From a virus: DNA of 64,000 bases. The notes below the pieces were generated by a model. That model was not told the origin of the DNA, made no database searches, and saw only the letters and a list, made by a program, of their open reading frames with translations. Position 1 is the first letter of the stretch. Each line of letters opens with the position of its first letter. Below are positions 42,364 to 50,978 of this stretch, piece after piece. Made by a program: the position numbers and the translations under genes. The stretch is from IMG/VR virus record IMGVR_UViG_3300045988_075126, positions 64,001 to 128,000 of that record; one strand, 5' to 3'.

Positions 42364-42374
42364 ACAATTAGGTT

Positions 42375-42500
42375 ATGGAGTACGAAAATAAATTTGTTGG
42401 ACTTTCATCTGTAACTAGCAACGACCTTAAACTATTAAGGTATGAACTAGAGTATGGATGGAAATTGGCTCTTATGCCAAATGATGTGTGGTACAACTAA
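42375..42500 (+). CDS. small hypothetical protein (41 aa)
   Basis: Gap-filling ORF read by eye. Confidence 0.3.
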   Translation: MEYENKFVGLSSVTSNDLKLLRYELEYGWKLALMPNDVWYN

Positions 42501-42521
42501 TTACTTTTAAAATTTCAAATT

Positions 42522-42761
42522 ATGGCATATTATAAAGTTAGTGTAGATGTATCGGATTTATTCGATGATATGCTCGTCCATGCACAGAAGAGCTTTCTTA
42601 TTGACAAGTTTTGCTCTTTAGCAACAGACCAGCAGATAGAGGTTGTAAGCGAAATGCTGGAGAACCTTAATGGCGACCAAGTAGCTAAAGTTATAGAAGA
42701 CGCTTTCGATAACTTGCATGAGCAAGGTCAAGAGCAAGTAATCAACTATGTGAACGAATAA
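42522..42761 (+). CDS. hypothetical acidic protein
   Basis: ORF track. Confidence 0.5.
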   Translation: MAYYKVSVDVSDLFDDMLVHAQKSFLIDKFCSLATDQQIEVVSEMLENLNGDQVAKVIEDAFDNLHEQGQEQVINYVNE

Positions 42762-42765
42762 GGCT

Positions 42766-42966
42766 ATGATGTCCGATAAACAATATAGAGTTGCTCGCAA
42801 GGGTGTTGTTGAGCAACTTAAATTAGCTCAGAGACTTCATTGCAAGCACATGGAGCAGAAGTATAAAGTGGCTTTGGAGAAGTTAGAGAAACGCTTCTTA
42901 AAGCCGGATGCCGTGGGCTGCTTCGATTTGGGCGCAAGGGTATCAAATAGTTATTATCATCTTTAA
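42766..42966 (+). CDS. hypothetical protein
   Basis: ORF track. Confidence 0.45.
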   Translation: MMSDKQYRVARKGVVEQLKLAQRLHCKHMEQKYKVALEKLEKRFLKPDAVGCFDLGARVSNSYYHL

Positions 42967-43260
42967 ATGGTTAAGGTTATGGGAGCAAAAGTAGAAGTAA
43001 AGACAATTCCTTTGCATGGATTGTTCATCTATCGCAAGCAGGTTTGGCGTTCACTTGGTAAGTTGAGAGCAGAAAGCCATTCTACATCGGCACAGAAAGT
43101 ATATATGAATGAGCATAATACCGAAGTGTATACCGAGAATGCCGATTTTATTGATGGATTGAAAGTCACTCCTTATAATGGGGAGTTACCAAAAATATCA
43201 AAATACGCTAATTGTAGTATGAGTCACTACCAATATTGTTTAAACCAAAAGTCGATTTAA
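42967..43260 (+). CDS. hypothetical protein
   Basis: ORF track. Confidence 0.5.
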   Translation: MVKVMGAKVEVKTIPLHGLFIYRKQVWRSLGKLRAESHSTSAQKVYMNEHNTEVYTENADFIDGLKVTPYNGELPKISKYANCSMSHYQYCLNQKSI

Positions 43261-43262
43261 TT

Positions 43263-44267
43263 ATGGATGCAAAGATTAATATAGCAAAAATTTTGAAGGA
43301 TAAGCCACAAGGAACCAAGTTGTACTCTTCTGCTTGTGGTAAATGTGAGTTGAAAGAGGCAGACGATAAAAGTTTCAAAGTATCTTTCTATAGTTCGAAG
43401 TTTGGCTTTATGAATGGTGGAGAAGGTACTTTTGATAAAAATGGCAACTTGTATGATGATGGAGAGTGTATTATTTTCCCATCAAAGGAAATGCGTAACT
43501 GGTATAAATTTGATTGGAAAAAAGGTGATGTTCTTGTAGGGGTAGGACAAAGAGTCATCTTTGAAAAATTCATAGATGAAAATTATACTAAATTTCAAGG
43601 TAAATATAGCCTAAGTACTTATGAGGATAGAACATTAGTAATTGATAGAAGTTATTATACTAGTAACTTTAGTAAAATAAATGCCAGTGGCAATGTTGAA
43701 AATTATTTTGAAGATCTCGAAGAGAAGTTGGGTGGTAAACTCAATCGTCAGACCCTTGAAGTAGAGAAGGCTCTACCAGAGTTCAAGGATGGGGATATAG
43801 TTTTTGCTGAGTCTCATATGCTTGGCATAAATACAAGCTCAATGATTGCTATCTTTAGAAAAGAGAAAGAAATTGATAAGTATAAATTTAGTCCAGCTTT
43901 ATGTGAGTCTAACGAACATGACACATACCTTAGAGAAGGCCCTGTAGTATTATCTCCATCCGATATTAAGATATTTCGCTATGCCACTGACTCAGAAAAG
44001 CAGCAGTTATTTGACGCACTCGCAAAGGAAAATAAAGATTGGGATAGCGAGCATAAAATGATTGTGGACTTGAAGCCAAAGGTTGAGCTGAAACCATTCG
44101 ACAAAGTGTTGGTTAGAGATAATAAAGACCAAAAATGGAAAGCGAGTTTCTTCGGCTATAAAGACGAAAACCACTTTATGTGTGAGAATGGTTGTGCTTG
44201 GTTTCACTGCATTCCTTACGAAGGAAACGAGCACTTGTTAGGTACGACTAAAGATGTGGAGGGTTAG
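43263..44267 (+). CDS. hypothetical protein with repeated small beta-rich modules
   Basis: ATG 43263 in track ORF; C-term ..KPFDKVLVRDNKDQKW..CIPYEGNEHLLGT. Confidence 0.6.
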   Translation: MDAKINIAKILKDKPQGTKLYSSACGKCELKEADDKSFKVSFYSSKFGFMNGGEGTFDKNGNLYDDGECIIFPSKEMRNWYKFDWKKGDVLVGVGQRVIFEKFIDENYTKFQGKYSLSTYEDRTLVIDRSYYTSNFSKINASGNVENYFEDLEEKLGGKLNRQTLEVEKALPEFKDGDIVFAESHMLGINTSSMIAIFRKEKEIDKYKFSPALCESNEHDTYLREGPVVLSPSDIKIFRYATDSEKQQLFDALAKENKDWDSEHKMIVDLKPKVELKPFDKVLVRDNKDQKWKASFFGYKDENHFMCENGCAWFHCIPYEGNEHLLGTTKDVEG

Positions 44268-44269
44268 GT

Positions 44270-44461
44270 ATGATGGATGATAATATCGCAAATAATATAA
44301 TATTATCTTCAGGCATATCTCTTAAAGAAGCATTTGATAATGAAGCTCGTGCCTATAAAAGTAATGACCAAGAAATAGAGCGTCTTTGCTATCATAGTGG
44401 CAAGGAAAGCCGTAGAACAAGGAGAATGTTAGAACTAAGGAAAAGAAAGGGTAGATTATGA
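44270..44461 (+). CDS. hypothetical protein
   Basis: ORF track. Confidence 0.45.
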   Translation: MMDDNIANNIILSSGISLKEAFDNEARAYKSNDQEIERLCYHSGKESRRTRRMLELRKRKGRL

Positions 44462-44832
44462 TAGACGATAAAGAAATTGATATTGCAGCAAGGGCACAAG
44501 TACTTAGCAAGCATTTCAACGAAACTGCATATTTTCAGCTTAGAAGTATTGAAGATTTTACGGATGGTGCTCACTGGGTTATCAATGAGGAGTTTTTGAA
44601 GGACTCGGTTCATCCTGCCAGCGAAGTTCCACGTAATGACAACGGAAAGGTTCTTGCGTTCTCAAAAGTGAATAGTAATATTAAGCTCTACGATATGAAC
44701 GCCATGTTAAATGAAACTGGTTGTGACACATATCAAGAAATGTGGGAAATTATAGTTAGAGCATATACTTTTACTGATTGGGTATTCGTGGAAGACTTAC
44801 TTGATTTAATCAAGAAAGGAGGCAAACAATGA
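44458..44832 (+). CDS. hypothetical protein
   Basis: ATGA overlap. Confidence 0.55.
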   Translation: MIDDKEIDIAARAQVLSKHFNETAYFQLRSIEDFTDGAHWVINEEFLKDSVHPASEVPRNDNGKVLAFSKVNSNIKLYDMNAMLNETGCDTYQEMWEIIVRAYTFTDWVFVEDLLDLIKKGGKQ

Positions 44833-44966
44833 TATATCGTGATATTGATGGTTACTACCTTTATCAAATGTCGCCAAAGTTTCCTGATAATTTTGTAGTC
44901 AATACAACAACTTCTCCAAAGGAATATGGTCAGAAACTTTTAAATAGAAAGCGAGGTAGAAAATGA
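44829..44966 (+). CDS. small hypothetical protein (45 aa)
   Basis: ATGA overlaps at both ends; read by eye. Confidence 0.35.
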   Translation: MIYRDIDGYYLYQMSPKFPDNFVVNTTTSPKEYGQKLLNRKRGRK

Positions 44967-45298
44967 AAGAGTTTAAAGATTTGGTTGTTGGTGATGATGT
45001 ACTAATTACAAGTAGGTATTACAGACGTATCGCCAAGGTTGATAAAGTGACAAAGACTCAAATTATTGCTAATAACGCTAGATTTAGAAGAGATTCGGGC
45101 TGGCAATGTGGTAGCGATAGCTGGGATAGGAAAAGTATATCTGTTCCTACAGAAAAGGAAATATCAGATGTTAAAGAAGAGAATCTTCGTAAGGCTCTCA
45201 TCTACGCTATCAGTTCTTTTGATTTCAAACGCTTATCAACAGATGAGTTAAAACAAGTGTACAATATTGTAAAAGGCAAAGAAAGTGAAAGAGCTTAA
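44963..45298 (+). CDS. hypothetical protein
   Basis: ORF track. Confidence 0.55.
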   Translation: MKEFKDLVVGDDVLITSRYYRRIAKVDKVTKTQIIANNARFRRDSGWQCGSDSWDRKSISVPTEKEISDVKEENLRKALIYAISSFDFKRLSTDELKQVYNIVKGKESERA

Positions 45299-45473
45299 AG
45301 TTGGAGAAAAGACCAAATGTGTCGTCACTATTGAAGCTGTTAGATGTGGTACATGCGAGGAATGTTTCTTTTATGATGAATATTATCACTGTGCTAATGA
45401 AAAAAAATTCGAATGTTTGGGTAAGTATCGCTCAGATGGAGAGAATGTAATCTTTAAATTGGTAAAGAAGTAA
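45285..45473 (+). CDS. small Cys-rich protein
   Basis: GTG start; CGTCEEC..C..C pattern. Confidence 0.45.
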   Translation: MKELKVGEKTKCVVTIEAVRCGTCEECFFYDEYYHCANEKKFECLGKYRSDGENVIFKLVKK

Positions 45474-45477
45474 GCGT

Positions 45478-45600
45478 ATGAGTTACGAATCAAGAAGTAG
45501 ATGTAAGGAAAGACAGATAACACCTTGTGGAATTTGTCCTTTAATGTTTAAGTGTCCTTATGATGAAGATAAGGACAAATATAATAATCTTAAAAAGTAA
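45478..45600 (+). CDS. small Cys-rich protein (40 aa)
   Basis: Preceded by TAAGCGTATG junction; read by eye. Confidence 0.35.
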   Translation: MSYESRSRCKERQITPCGICPLMFKCPYDEDKDKYNNLKK

Positions 45601-45605
45601 AGCGT

Positions 45606-45812
45606 ATGGCAGCAAGATATAATTTTAGAAAAACCATTTTACGCAGATTGGAAATCTGTTGGAATGTGCTCACGCATAAGACTTTTATAGCTTATACAAC
45701 TGATGATATAGGTGATAAATGGAGTCTTATAAATAATATAGAAAGTCTTGAACAATTTGGTCAATGGCTTGTAAGTGGTGGGTATAAGAAGAGCAGTAAC
45801 TATAAAAAGTAA
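45606..45812 (+). CDS. hypothetical protein
   Basis: AGCGTATG junction. Confidence 0.5.
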   Translation: MAARYNFRKTILRRLEICWNVLTHKTFIAYTTDDIGDKWSLINNIESLEQFGQWLVSGGYKKSSNYKK

Positions 45813-45817
45813 AGCGT

Positions 45818-46045
45818 ATGAAAACAATAAGATTAGTAGTAGAACTTATTAACGTTCCTGACGAATGTACAGCCGAGAAATTTAGAACAATACTAGAGGA
45901 TGGTGAATTTCCTTCTTGTATTGCTGATAACTTTGGTATCGTAGCTGCTAATATGGCAGATAAGAATATTGAAGATTTAGACAATTTTCAGTTCACCATT
46001 TATCCATTTCCTGAAGATGAAGAGGATGAGTTTTATGAACTTTAG
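45818..46045 (+). CDS. small strongly acidic protein
   Basis: AGCGTATG junction; D/E-rich, ends PEDEEDEFYEL. Confidence 0.5.
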   Translation: MKTIRLVVELINVPDECTAEKFRTILEDGEFPSCIADNFGIVAANMADKNIEDLDNFQFTIYPFPEDEEDEFYEL

Positions 46046-46083
46046 TAATTAACCATCCCTTATGGGATATAAATATAAGTAAT

Positions 46084-46227
46084 ATGAAACATATTAAGTT
46101 TACAATAGATATAACATTGCCACCAGATGAAAAGTTTCTTACTAAGGAAGATTTCATGGCGGCAGTATATACTTGTTATGGAAACATTAAAGATGTTCTT
46201 CCTTTAGCAATAGTAAAGATTGATTAA
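46084..46227 (+). CDS. small hypothetical protein (47 aa)
   Basis: Read by eye. Confidence 0.35.
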   Translation: MKHIKFTIDITLPPDEKFLTKEDFMAAVYTCYGNIKDVLPLAIVKID

Positions 46228-46273
46228 CTAACCACCCTCTCCTGTAAAAGGGAGAGGGTAAAAAGAAGAGAAT

Positions 46274-46405
46274 ATGGATGCAAGTAAAATAACATTAAGT
46301 AGCTATATTGCATATCTCAAAGGTATGTATAAACGATATGGCAATATAAGTATTACACAACTAAAGCATATAGAAAGAAACAGAAAAAAGGAGGATAAGC
46401 GATGA
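46274..46405 (+). CDS. small hypothetical protein (43 aa)
   Basis: ATGA overlap with next gene. Confidence 0.35.
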   Translation: MDASKITLSSYIAYLKGMYKRYGNISITQLKHIERNRKKEDKR

Positions 46406-46767
46406 ACAAAGTAATACCGATAGACATCTATAACATTGATATGCTTTTCGTGGTAGGTGAAAAAGAAGAATTGAAGTCATCGCTGGAAGAGCATCTGAGC
46501 AATGATGATGCGAATAAAGCATATAACGAAATGTGGAAGGATATTGACGAAGGAAGTATTGGACGGTCAGCCTTACTTAGTAGTGGTCAGGTTGCTTTAT
46601 GGGTTTCTGATGCAAATGACAAAGGGACATTGGCACATGAGATATTCCATTGTGTGTGCTTCATAATGGAAAAGGTAGGCATCTGCCTATGCCACGAAAG
46701 TGATGAAGCCTATGCCTACCTAATTGGATTCATCACCAATAAGGTGAATGATGCACTTAAAGAGTAG
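46402..46767 (+). CDS. small HExxH protein, paralog of 41342..41746
   Basis: LAHEIFHCVCFIMEKVG..ESDEAYAYLIGFI. Confidence 0.5.
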   Translation: MNKVIPIDIYNIDMLFVVGEKEELKSSLEEHLSNDDANKAYNEMWKDIDEGSIGRSALLSSGQVALWVSDANDKGTLAHEIFHCVCFIMEKVGICLCHESDEAYAYLIGFITNKVNDALKE

Positions 46768-46779
46768 GAGGATTAGAAT

Positions 46780-46893
46780 ATGAAGAAAAGAAAGATAAGC
46801 AAGTGGCGCATTAAGCGTGGAGTAAACTTCCATGATGAAATGCGCAAAGGTAAGTATGGGTGGAATGAAGCCGCCCATCTAGGTTGGTTTTAA
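46780..46893 (+). CDS. small basic protein (37 aa)
   Basis: GGAGGATTAGAATATG context; read by eye. Confidence 0.3.
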   Translation: MKKRKISKWRIKRGVNFHDEMRKGKYGWNEAAHLGWF

Positions 46894-46904
46894 TTAATGA
46901 GAAT

Positions 46905-47231
46905 ATGGCAAAGATTATTTATTTAGGTACAAATGGTTGTTCCGGACACTACCCTATTGGTATTGATGAGTCTCTGAATGAGGACGAATACAAAAAATGG
47001 TGTGAATGTGACAATGAAGCTTGGATAGACAATATCCGAAGTAATCCTGGTCGCCACTTGGTTAAACATCATGGAGAAGTTTACACCAACTATGGCGTTC
47101 CATTCTCGGTAGATGAAGACAGAGTTGGCGACCATACCGAATTATTTTGGAAAGGCATTCATACGGAAGAAGAAATCATAAACTTCATAAAGAGTAATCC
47201 GTTTTTATCAAAGCAATTTAATTTAAAGTAA
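46905..47231 (+). CDS. hypothetical protein
   Basis: ATG 46905 in track ORF 46884. Confidence 0.5.
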   Translation: MAKIIYLGTNGCSGHYPIGIDESLNEDEYKKWCECDNEAWIDNIRSNPGRHLVKHHGEVYTNYGVPFSVDEDRVGDHTELFWKGIHTEEEIINFIKSNPFLSKQFNLK

Positions 47232-47232
47232 G

Positions 47233-47385
47233 ATGAGCAAAGAAAAAGCAATTGAAAACATAAAAGAAGCACTTAAATATACTGCAAAAACATCACTAAT
47301 TGGAACTTCGCCAGCAGAAGTAGCATCTGCTGTTTCTTGGGCAGAAATTTTATTATTAAGAGCACTTAAAGAGTTGGAGGACTAG
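47233..47385 (+). CDS. small protein (50 aa) ending ..LKELED*
   Basis: Read by eye. Confidence 0.4.
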   Translation: MSKEKAIENIKEALKYTAKTSLIGTSPAEVASAVSWAEILLLRALKELED

Positions 47386-47388
47386 AAT

Positions 47389-47544
47389 ATGACAAAATTT
47401 AAGGTAGTTAGATATTGGGACACATATCCCGATAGAGTTGTGGCAACTTGTGATACACAGGAAGAGGCAGAAAAGATATGTAAAGAATATCTTAAAAAAC
47501 GCAAGCCTATGTACGACTATTTAGTAAGAAAGGAGAATGAGTAA
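47389..47544 (+). CDS. small protein (51 aa)
   Basis: GGAGGACTAGAATATG context. Confidence 0.4.
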   Translation: MTKFKVVRYWDTYPDRVVATCDTQEEAEKICKEYLKKRKPMYDYLVRKENE

Positions 47545-47711
47545 TGACTAGAGAAGAGTTAAAAGATAATTACGGAAATGACATCTGTGAATTATGCTGC
47601 AAAGAGTATTTTACAAACCGTGCATATCCTGAATCACTTTGTGAGGGTAAGTATTGCGAGGAGGCAGAAGATAGTTTCGCAGATGAACATAATATAGAGT
47701 TGGAGGATTGA
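47544..47711 (+). CDS. small Cys-rich protein (55 aa) ending ..NIELED*
   Basis: CELCC..C..YCEEAED..IELED parallels N-term of next ORF. Confidence 0.45.
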   Translation: MTREELKDNYGNDICELCCKEYFTNRAYPESLCEGKYCEEAEDSFADEHNIELED

Positions 47712-47713
47712 GC

Positions 47714-48073
47714 ATGAACAGGAAAGAATTACAAAACAAATTCGGTATTTCTATCTGTGAGTATTGTCGTAAGCACATCATTTCTGAATATAATTTTTGC
47801 AAAGGATGGGTTTGCGAGAAGAGTTATTGTAAGGAGGCACAAGATGGCTACGCAGCAGTAAACAAAATAGAGTTGGAGGATTTGAATATAAAGAAAGTGG
47901 AACCTATTAAGGGACTATCAGAAAGTACTTATAATTACCTCGTATCTCATTGTAAACGTAAGATAGAACAATGTAAATATAGCCCATCTTTGCTTCTTAT
48001 CTATAATGAGCACAGAATCTTTTTGGAGTTGTTAGAACATGTTGGACGTGATTTTATAGAGAAGGAGAAATAG
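47714..48073 (+). CDS. Cys-rich protein, N-terminal domain paralogous to 47544..47711
   Basis: CEYC..C..C..YCKEAQD..IELED. Confidence 0.55.
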   Translation: MNRKELQNKFGISICEYCRKHIISEYNFCKGWVCEKSYCKEAQDGYAAVNKIELEDLNIKKVEPIKGLSESTYNYLVSHCKRKIEQCKYSPSLLLIYNEHRIFLELLEHVGRDFIEKEK

Positions 48074-48075
48074 TT

Positions 48076-48279
48076 ATGGCATGGGTAGTAAAGAATAAAG
48101 ATGGCTCTGAAACAATTTATGAAGTAAAGCCATATAAATACAACGATGAGTGGGTATCACGGAAAGATAGTTGGGAAAGACCCTATCAACACTTTGGTAT
48201 TCCGCAAGGTAGCATCAAGAAACTCATCGGAAGAGAGTTATCTTGGGATGATGAACCTGTCGAACTTAAAGAAGAATAG
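48076..48279 (+). CDS. hypothetical protein, tandem paralog A
   Basis: ..KDGSE.IYEVKP.. ..G.IKKLIGRELSWDDEPVE. Confidence 0.55.
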   Translation: MAWVVKNKDGSETIYEVKPYKYNDEWVSRKDSWERPYQHFGIPQGSIKKLIGRELSWDDEPVELKEE

Positions 48280-48281
48280 TT

Positions 48282-48569
48282 ATGGCAAGAACATGGTTAG
48301 CAGTGGATAAAGACGGTTCGGAGAAGATCTTCAATGTAAAACCGTTCAGAGGCAATACACAAAAAGATAGAAATCATATATGGGGTACAACATACGTTGG
48401 TGAAAACTACGAAAAGTGGTATCCTAAACATGATGGTCGCAATGAAGATACAGGTGATGCTTATTATAAAGGGCGTTCAATAGAATTGCCTAAAGGTACA
48501 ATCGTAAAGCTTATTGGGCGGAATTTAACATGGAAGGATGAATGTGTTGAATTTAAAAAGAATAAGTAA
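48282..48569 (+). CDS. hypothetical protein, tandem paralog B
   Basis: ..KDGSEKIFNVKP.. ..GTIVKLIGRNLTWKDECVE. Confidence 0.55.
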   Translation: MARTWLAVDKDGSEKIFNVKPFRGNTQKDRNHIWGTTYVGENYEKWYPKHDGRNEDTGDAYYKGRSIELPKGTIVKLIGRNLTWKDECVEFKKNK

Positions 48570-48606
48570 GGTTTGAAATTTATGTTAAAAAGAAGAATTA
48601 TAGCTT

Positions 48607-48990
48607 ATGAAAAGAGAAATCAAGTTCAAGGCAAAACGTCTTGACGGAAAAGGATGGGTTGAAGGTAGCCTAATCAAAAGTACTACTGGGATAAAGGAAA
48701 GAGCCTACATAGTAGATAACTTTAGCAGTATGAGTGATTATAGTGTTATTGGTATTGACCCTTCTACAGTCTGCCAGTACACAGGACTGAAAGACTGCAA
48801 GGGTAGAGAAGTTTGGGAAGGAGATATAGCGGAGTGTGAGATATATGACTTATATAAGGGGTTCATCAAGGTAAAAGCAGTAATCGAATATATGTACGGT
48901 GCATTTGTTGCTATTATTGATGGAATACCTTATTCTTTATACTTTAAGTATATTAAGGTTATTGGCAACAAATTCGATAAGGATAAGTAG
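48607..48990 (+). CDS. YopX-like protein
   Basis: REIKFKAK..CQYTGLKDCKGREVWEGDI. Confidence 0.7.
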   Translation: MKREIKFKAKRLDGKGWVEGSLIKSTTGIKERAYIVDNFSSMSDYSVIGIDPSTVCQYTGLKDCKGREVWEGDIAECEIYDLYKGFIKVKAVIEYMYGAFVAIIDGIPYSLYFKYIKVIGNKFDKDK

Positions 48991-48999
48991 GATAAAACT

Positions 49000-49131
49000 A
49001 TGGTAGATGTAAGTAATCAGCATTGGAACGAAGATGGGAGCATTACTATTATATTGAATAGTATTGAAGAAGTCGAAGAGTTCGTTGAGTGTGTTAATAT
49101 ATGGAATAAAATGTGTGAAGATGAAGAATAA
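49000..49131 (+). CDS. small acidic protein (43 aa)
   Basis: Read by eye. Confidence 0.35.
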   Translation: MVDVSNQHWNEDGSITIILNSIEEVEEFVECVNIWNKMCEDEE

Positions 49132-49354
49132 GATTTTAAGCTTAGTCAAGTCAGCCGTTTGGTTCGTCTTGTGTTTGCTTGTAGGTGCATTGATTTTTGA
49201 GGGCGTTCGCTCGTTGGCTAACAGCAATGAACCTGCAAAGAAAATTGGTATGTCAGTATTCACTGAGGAAGGACACGATTATCTGGTTGTGGACACGAAA
49301 CATGGAGTTTGCGTTATTCACGCTGAGAGCTGTCCTTGTCATAAAAAGAAGTAG
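49121..49354 (+). CDS. small membrane protein
   Basis: ATG 49121; TM AVWFVLCLLVGALIF. Confidence 0.45.
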   Translation: MKNKILSLVKSAVWFVLCLLVGALIFEGVRSLANSNEPAKKIGMSVFTEEGHDYLVVDTKHGVCVIHAESCPCHKKK

Positions 49355-49357
49355 CGT

Positions 49358-49594
49358 ATGAAGAAGGAGATATTTGACTTCTCGGAGGCTCTGAGAAGAA
49401 TGAAGGAAGGGAAGAAAGTGAGAAGAATCGGCTGGGGTATAGTTGACAAACTATGGATAGATAAAGATAAAAATATCAACATTTTCTATAAAGCAACAAC
49501 ACATTCTTCGGAAGGTTTCATTCATATTTTTCCAAGTTGTTGGAGTTATTTCACTTGCGAAGATATTCTCGCAACATACTGGGAGGAGGTGTAA
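49358..49594 (+). CDS. DUF2829-like protein (Tad2-type fold candidate)
   Basis: FDFSEALRRMKEGKKVRRIGW .. EDILATYWEEV. Confidence 0.6.
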   Translation: MKKEIFDFSEALRRMKEGKKVRRIGWGIVDKLWIDKDKNINIFYKATTHSSEGFIHIFPSCWSYFTCEDILATYWEEV

Positions 49595-49596
49595 GG

Positions 49597-49851
49597 ATGA
49601 AGAAGAAAGAAAAGCTAACGGCATATTGGGATAAGAAAGAGAACTGTATTGGTGCTTATCACCCTTTAGGGTTTATGACCCAAACAGATGCTTATTATCT
49701 CTTCGATAAGGTCTTTACTAAAGATTTTGTCAAAGAAATAACTGATAGAGGGTATGATGTAAGAACGATGAAGTTTGAAATCTCTCCCAAGCTGCCAAAT
49801 TATGAGCGATTCAATGACTTATCAAAAAAGTATTACGGAAAAGAGAAATAG
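49597..49851 (+). CDS. hypothetical protein
   Basis: ATG 49597 in track ORF. Confidence 0.5.
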   Translation: MKKKEKLTAYWDKKENCIGAYHPLGFMTQTDAYYLFDKVFTKDFVKEITDRGYDVRTMKFEISPKLPNYERFNDLSKKYYGKEK

Positions 49852-49854
49852 CGT

Positions 49855-50022
49855 ATGAAAAAACAAATAGTCTTAGACGAACAGGATATTAAAGAGTTCC
49901 ACGAGGATGCGGAGCATCTACGTTGGCTACATGAAAGAATGGTGCGCAAGTATGATGAAAATCCAAACTTTGATTACATGCACCGCTTTGCCAAAATAAT
50001 TAATAAGTTGGAGCAACTATAG
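49855..50022 (+). CDS. small hypothetical protein (55 aa)
   Basis: TAGCGTATG junctions at both ends. Confidence 0.4.
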   Translation: MKKQIVLDEQDIKEFHEDAEHLRWLHERMVRKYDENPNFDYMHRFAKIINKLEQL

Positions 50023-50025
50023 CGT

Positions 50026-50232
50026 ATGAAGATTAGATTAGCAAAGAAGATAATGAATGCAGACACTTATGCTGATTATCCAAGCAAACACCCTTCTCCC
50101 TATTGGAAAACGAAGTTTAAAGAAGCTTATAACGAATATGGTTGCTTTATGTTCTGTGAAGATTCGAGCAAGTGTAAATACCGCAATAAGTTCAACCACC
50201 GAATTAGAAAGGCGATAAGTTTAACAAAATAA
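50026..50232 (+). CDS. hypothetical protein
   Basis: TAGCGTATG junction. Confidence 0.5.
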   Translation: MKIRLAKKIMNADTYADYPSKHPSPYWKTKFKEAYNEYGCFMFCEDSSKCKYRNKFNHRIRKAISLTK

Positions 50233-50239
50233 GTAGCTT

Positions 50240-50407
50240 ATGGGAATAACGAAAAAATTAAGAGATGAAATTTGGAGTAACGTTCCTAGATTTCTTACCA
50301 AAGAAGAAGCTATGGAGTTATGCAAGATAATAAATAAGTTATATAATAAAGTTTATGGATATGAAAATAAAGAATTTACCAAAGAAGATTTATCTCAACA
50401 TCAGTAG
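50240..50407 (+). CDS. small hypothetical protein (55 aa)
   Basis: Read by eye; overlaps next ORF by 47 nt. Confidence 0.35.
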   Translation: MGITKKLRDEIWSNVPRFLTKEEAMELCKIINKLYNKVYGYENKEFTKEDLSQHQ

Positions 50408-50732
50408 CAACAAGGATGAGGTAGATTACAATGAATTAGATGGTGTAACGTTCAGTACAGAGAAGATTAACGCTACCGATTGCGATACAGAAAACGTTCC
50501 TTACGTGAACGCAGCATCGTTATGGCACGACCTAAAGGAAGAGAAGCCACCATTAAAAAAGTGGGTAATGTTCCGATATAGTGGTGGCGGTGTAAACCCT
50601 ACTGCTCTTCACTACGGAGCAATGAGTGATGATGTATGGATTGTCACTAGAGGTGACGGCACACAACGTATAGAAACTATGTACGAATGCTACGATAAGA
50701 TAGAGTGGTTTGACTTTGATGAACTAAAATAG
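50361..50732 (+). CDS. DUF551-like protein
   Basis: LWHDLKEEKPP..WVMF. Confidence 0.5.
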   Translation: MKIKNLPKKIYLNISSNKDEVDYNELDGVTFSTEKINATDCDTENVPYVNAASLWHDLKEEKPPLKKWVMFRYSGGGVNPTALHYGAMSDDVWIVTRGDGTQRIETMYECYDKIEWFDFDELK

Positions 50733-50740
50733 TATAGCGT

Positions 50741-50974
50741 ATGGCAAATAAAGAATTTTTTAATGCGTATTGTGGAAAACCAGTTCTTTATAAAGGTAAG
50801 GACATTGGCGCATACGTGGCAGGTTATCTTGAAGATAAGTATATCATCTTAGGTTTTGATGATTATACAGGCTGCGTTCAGTGCTTCACATCTAAAGTGT
50901 ATAAAACGCTTGGTGGAATATACAATTCATACCGATTCGCAAAGTTGAAGTATTTAAAAATAAAAAAGAGTTAA
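50741..50974 (+). CDS. hypothetical protein
   Basis: AGCGTATG junction. Confidence 0.5.
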   Translation: MANKEFFNAYCGKPVLYKGKDIGAYVAGYLEDKYIILGFDDYTGCVQCFTSKVYKTLGGIYNSYRFAKLKYLKIKKS

Positions 50975-50978
50975 GTGT

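Noticed and set aside
46231-46261. Hairpin ACCCTCTCC-tgtaaaa-GGGAGAGGGT as a terminator
   Set aside because: It is followed by an A-run rather than a T-run on the + strand, and there is no T-run on the - strand. I kept it only as an unexplained hairpin inside the small-ORF array.
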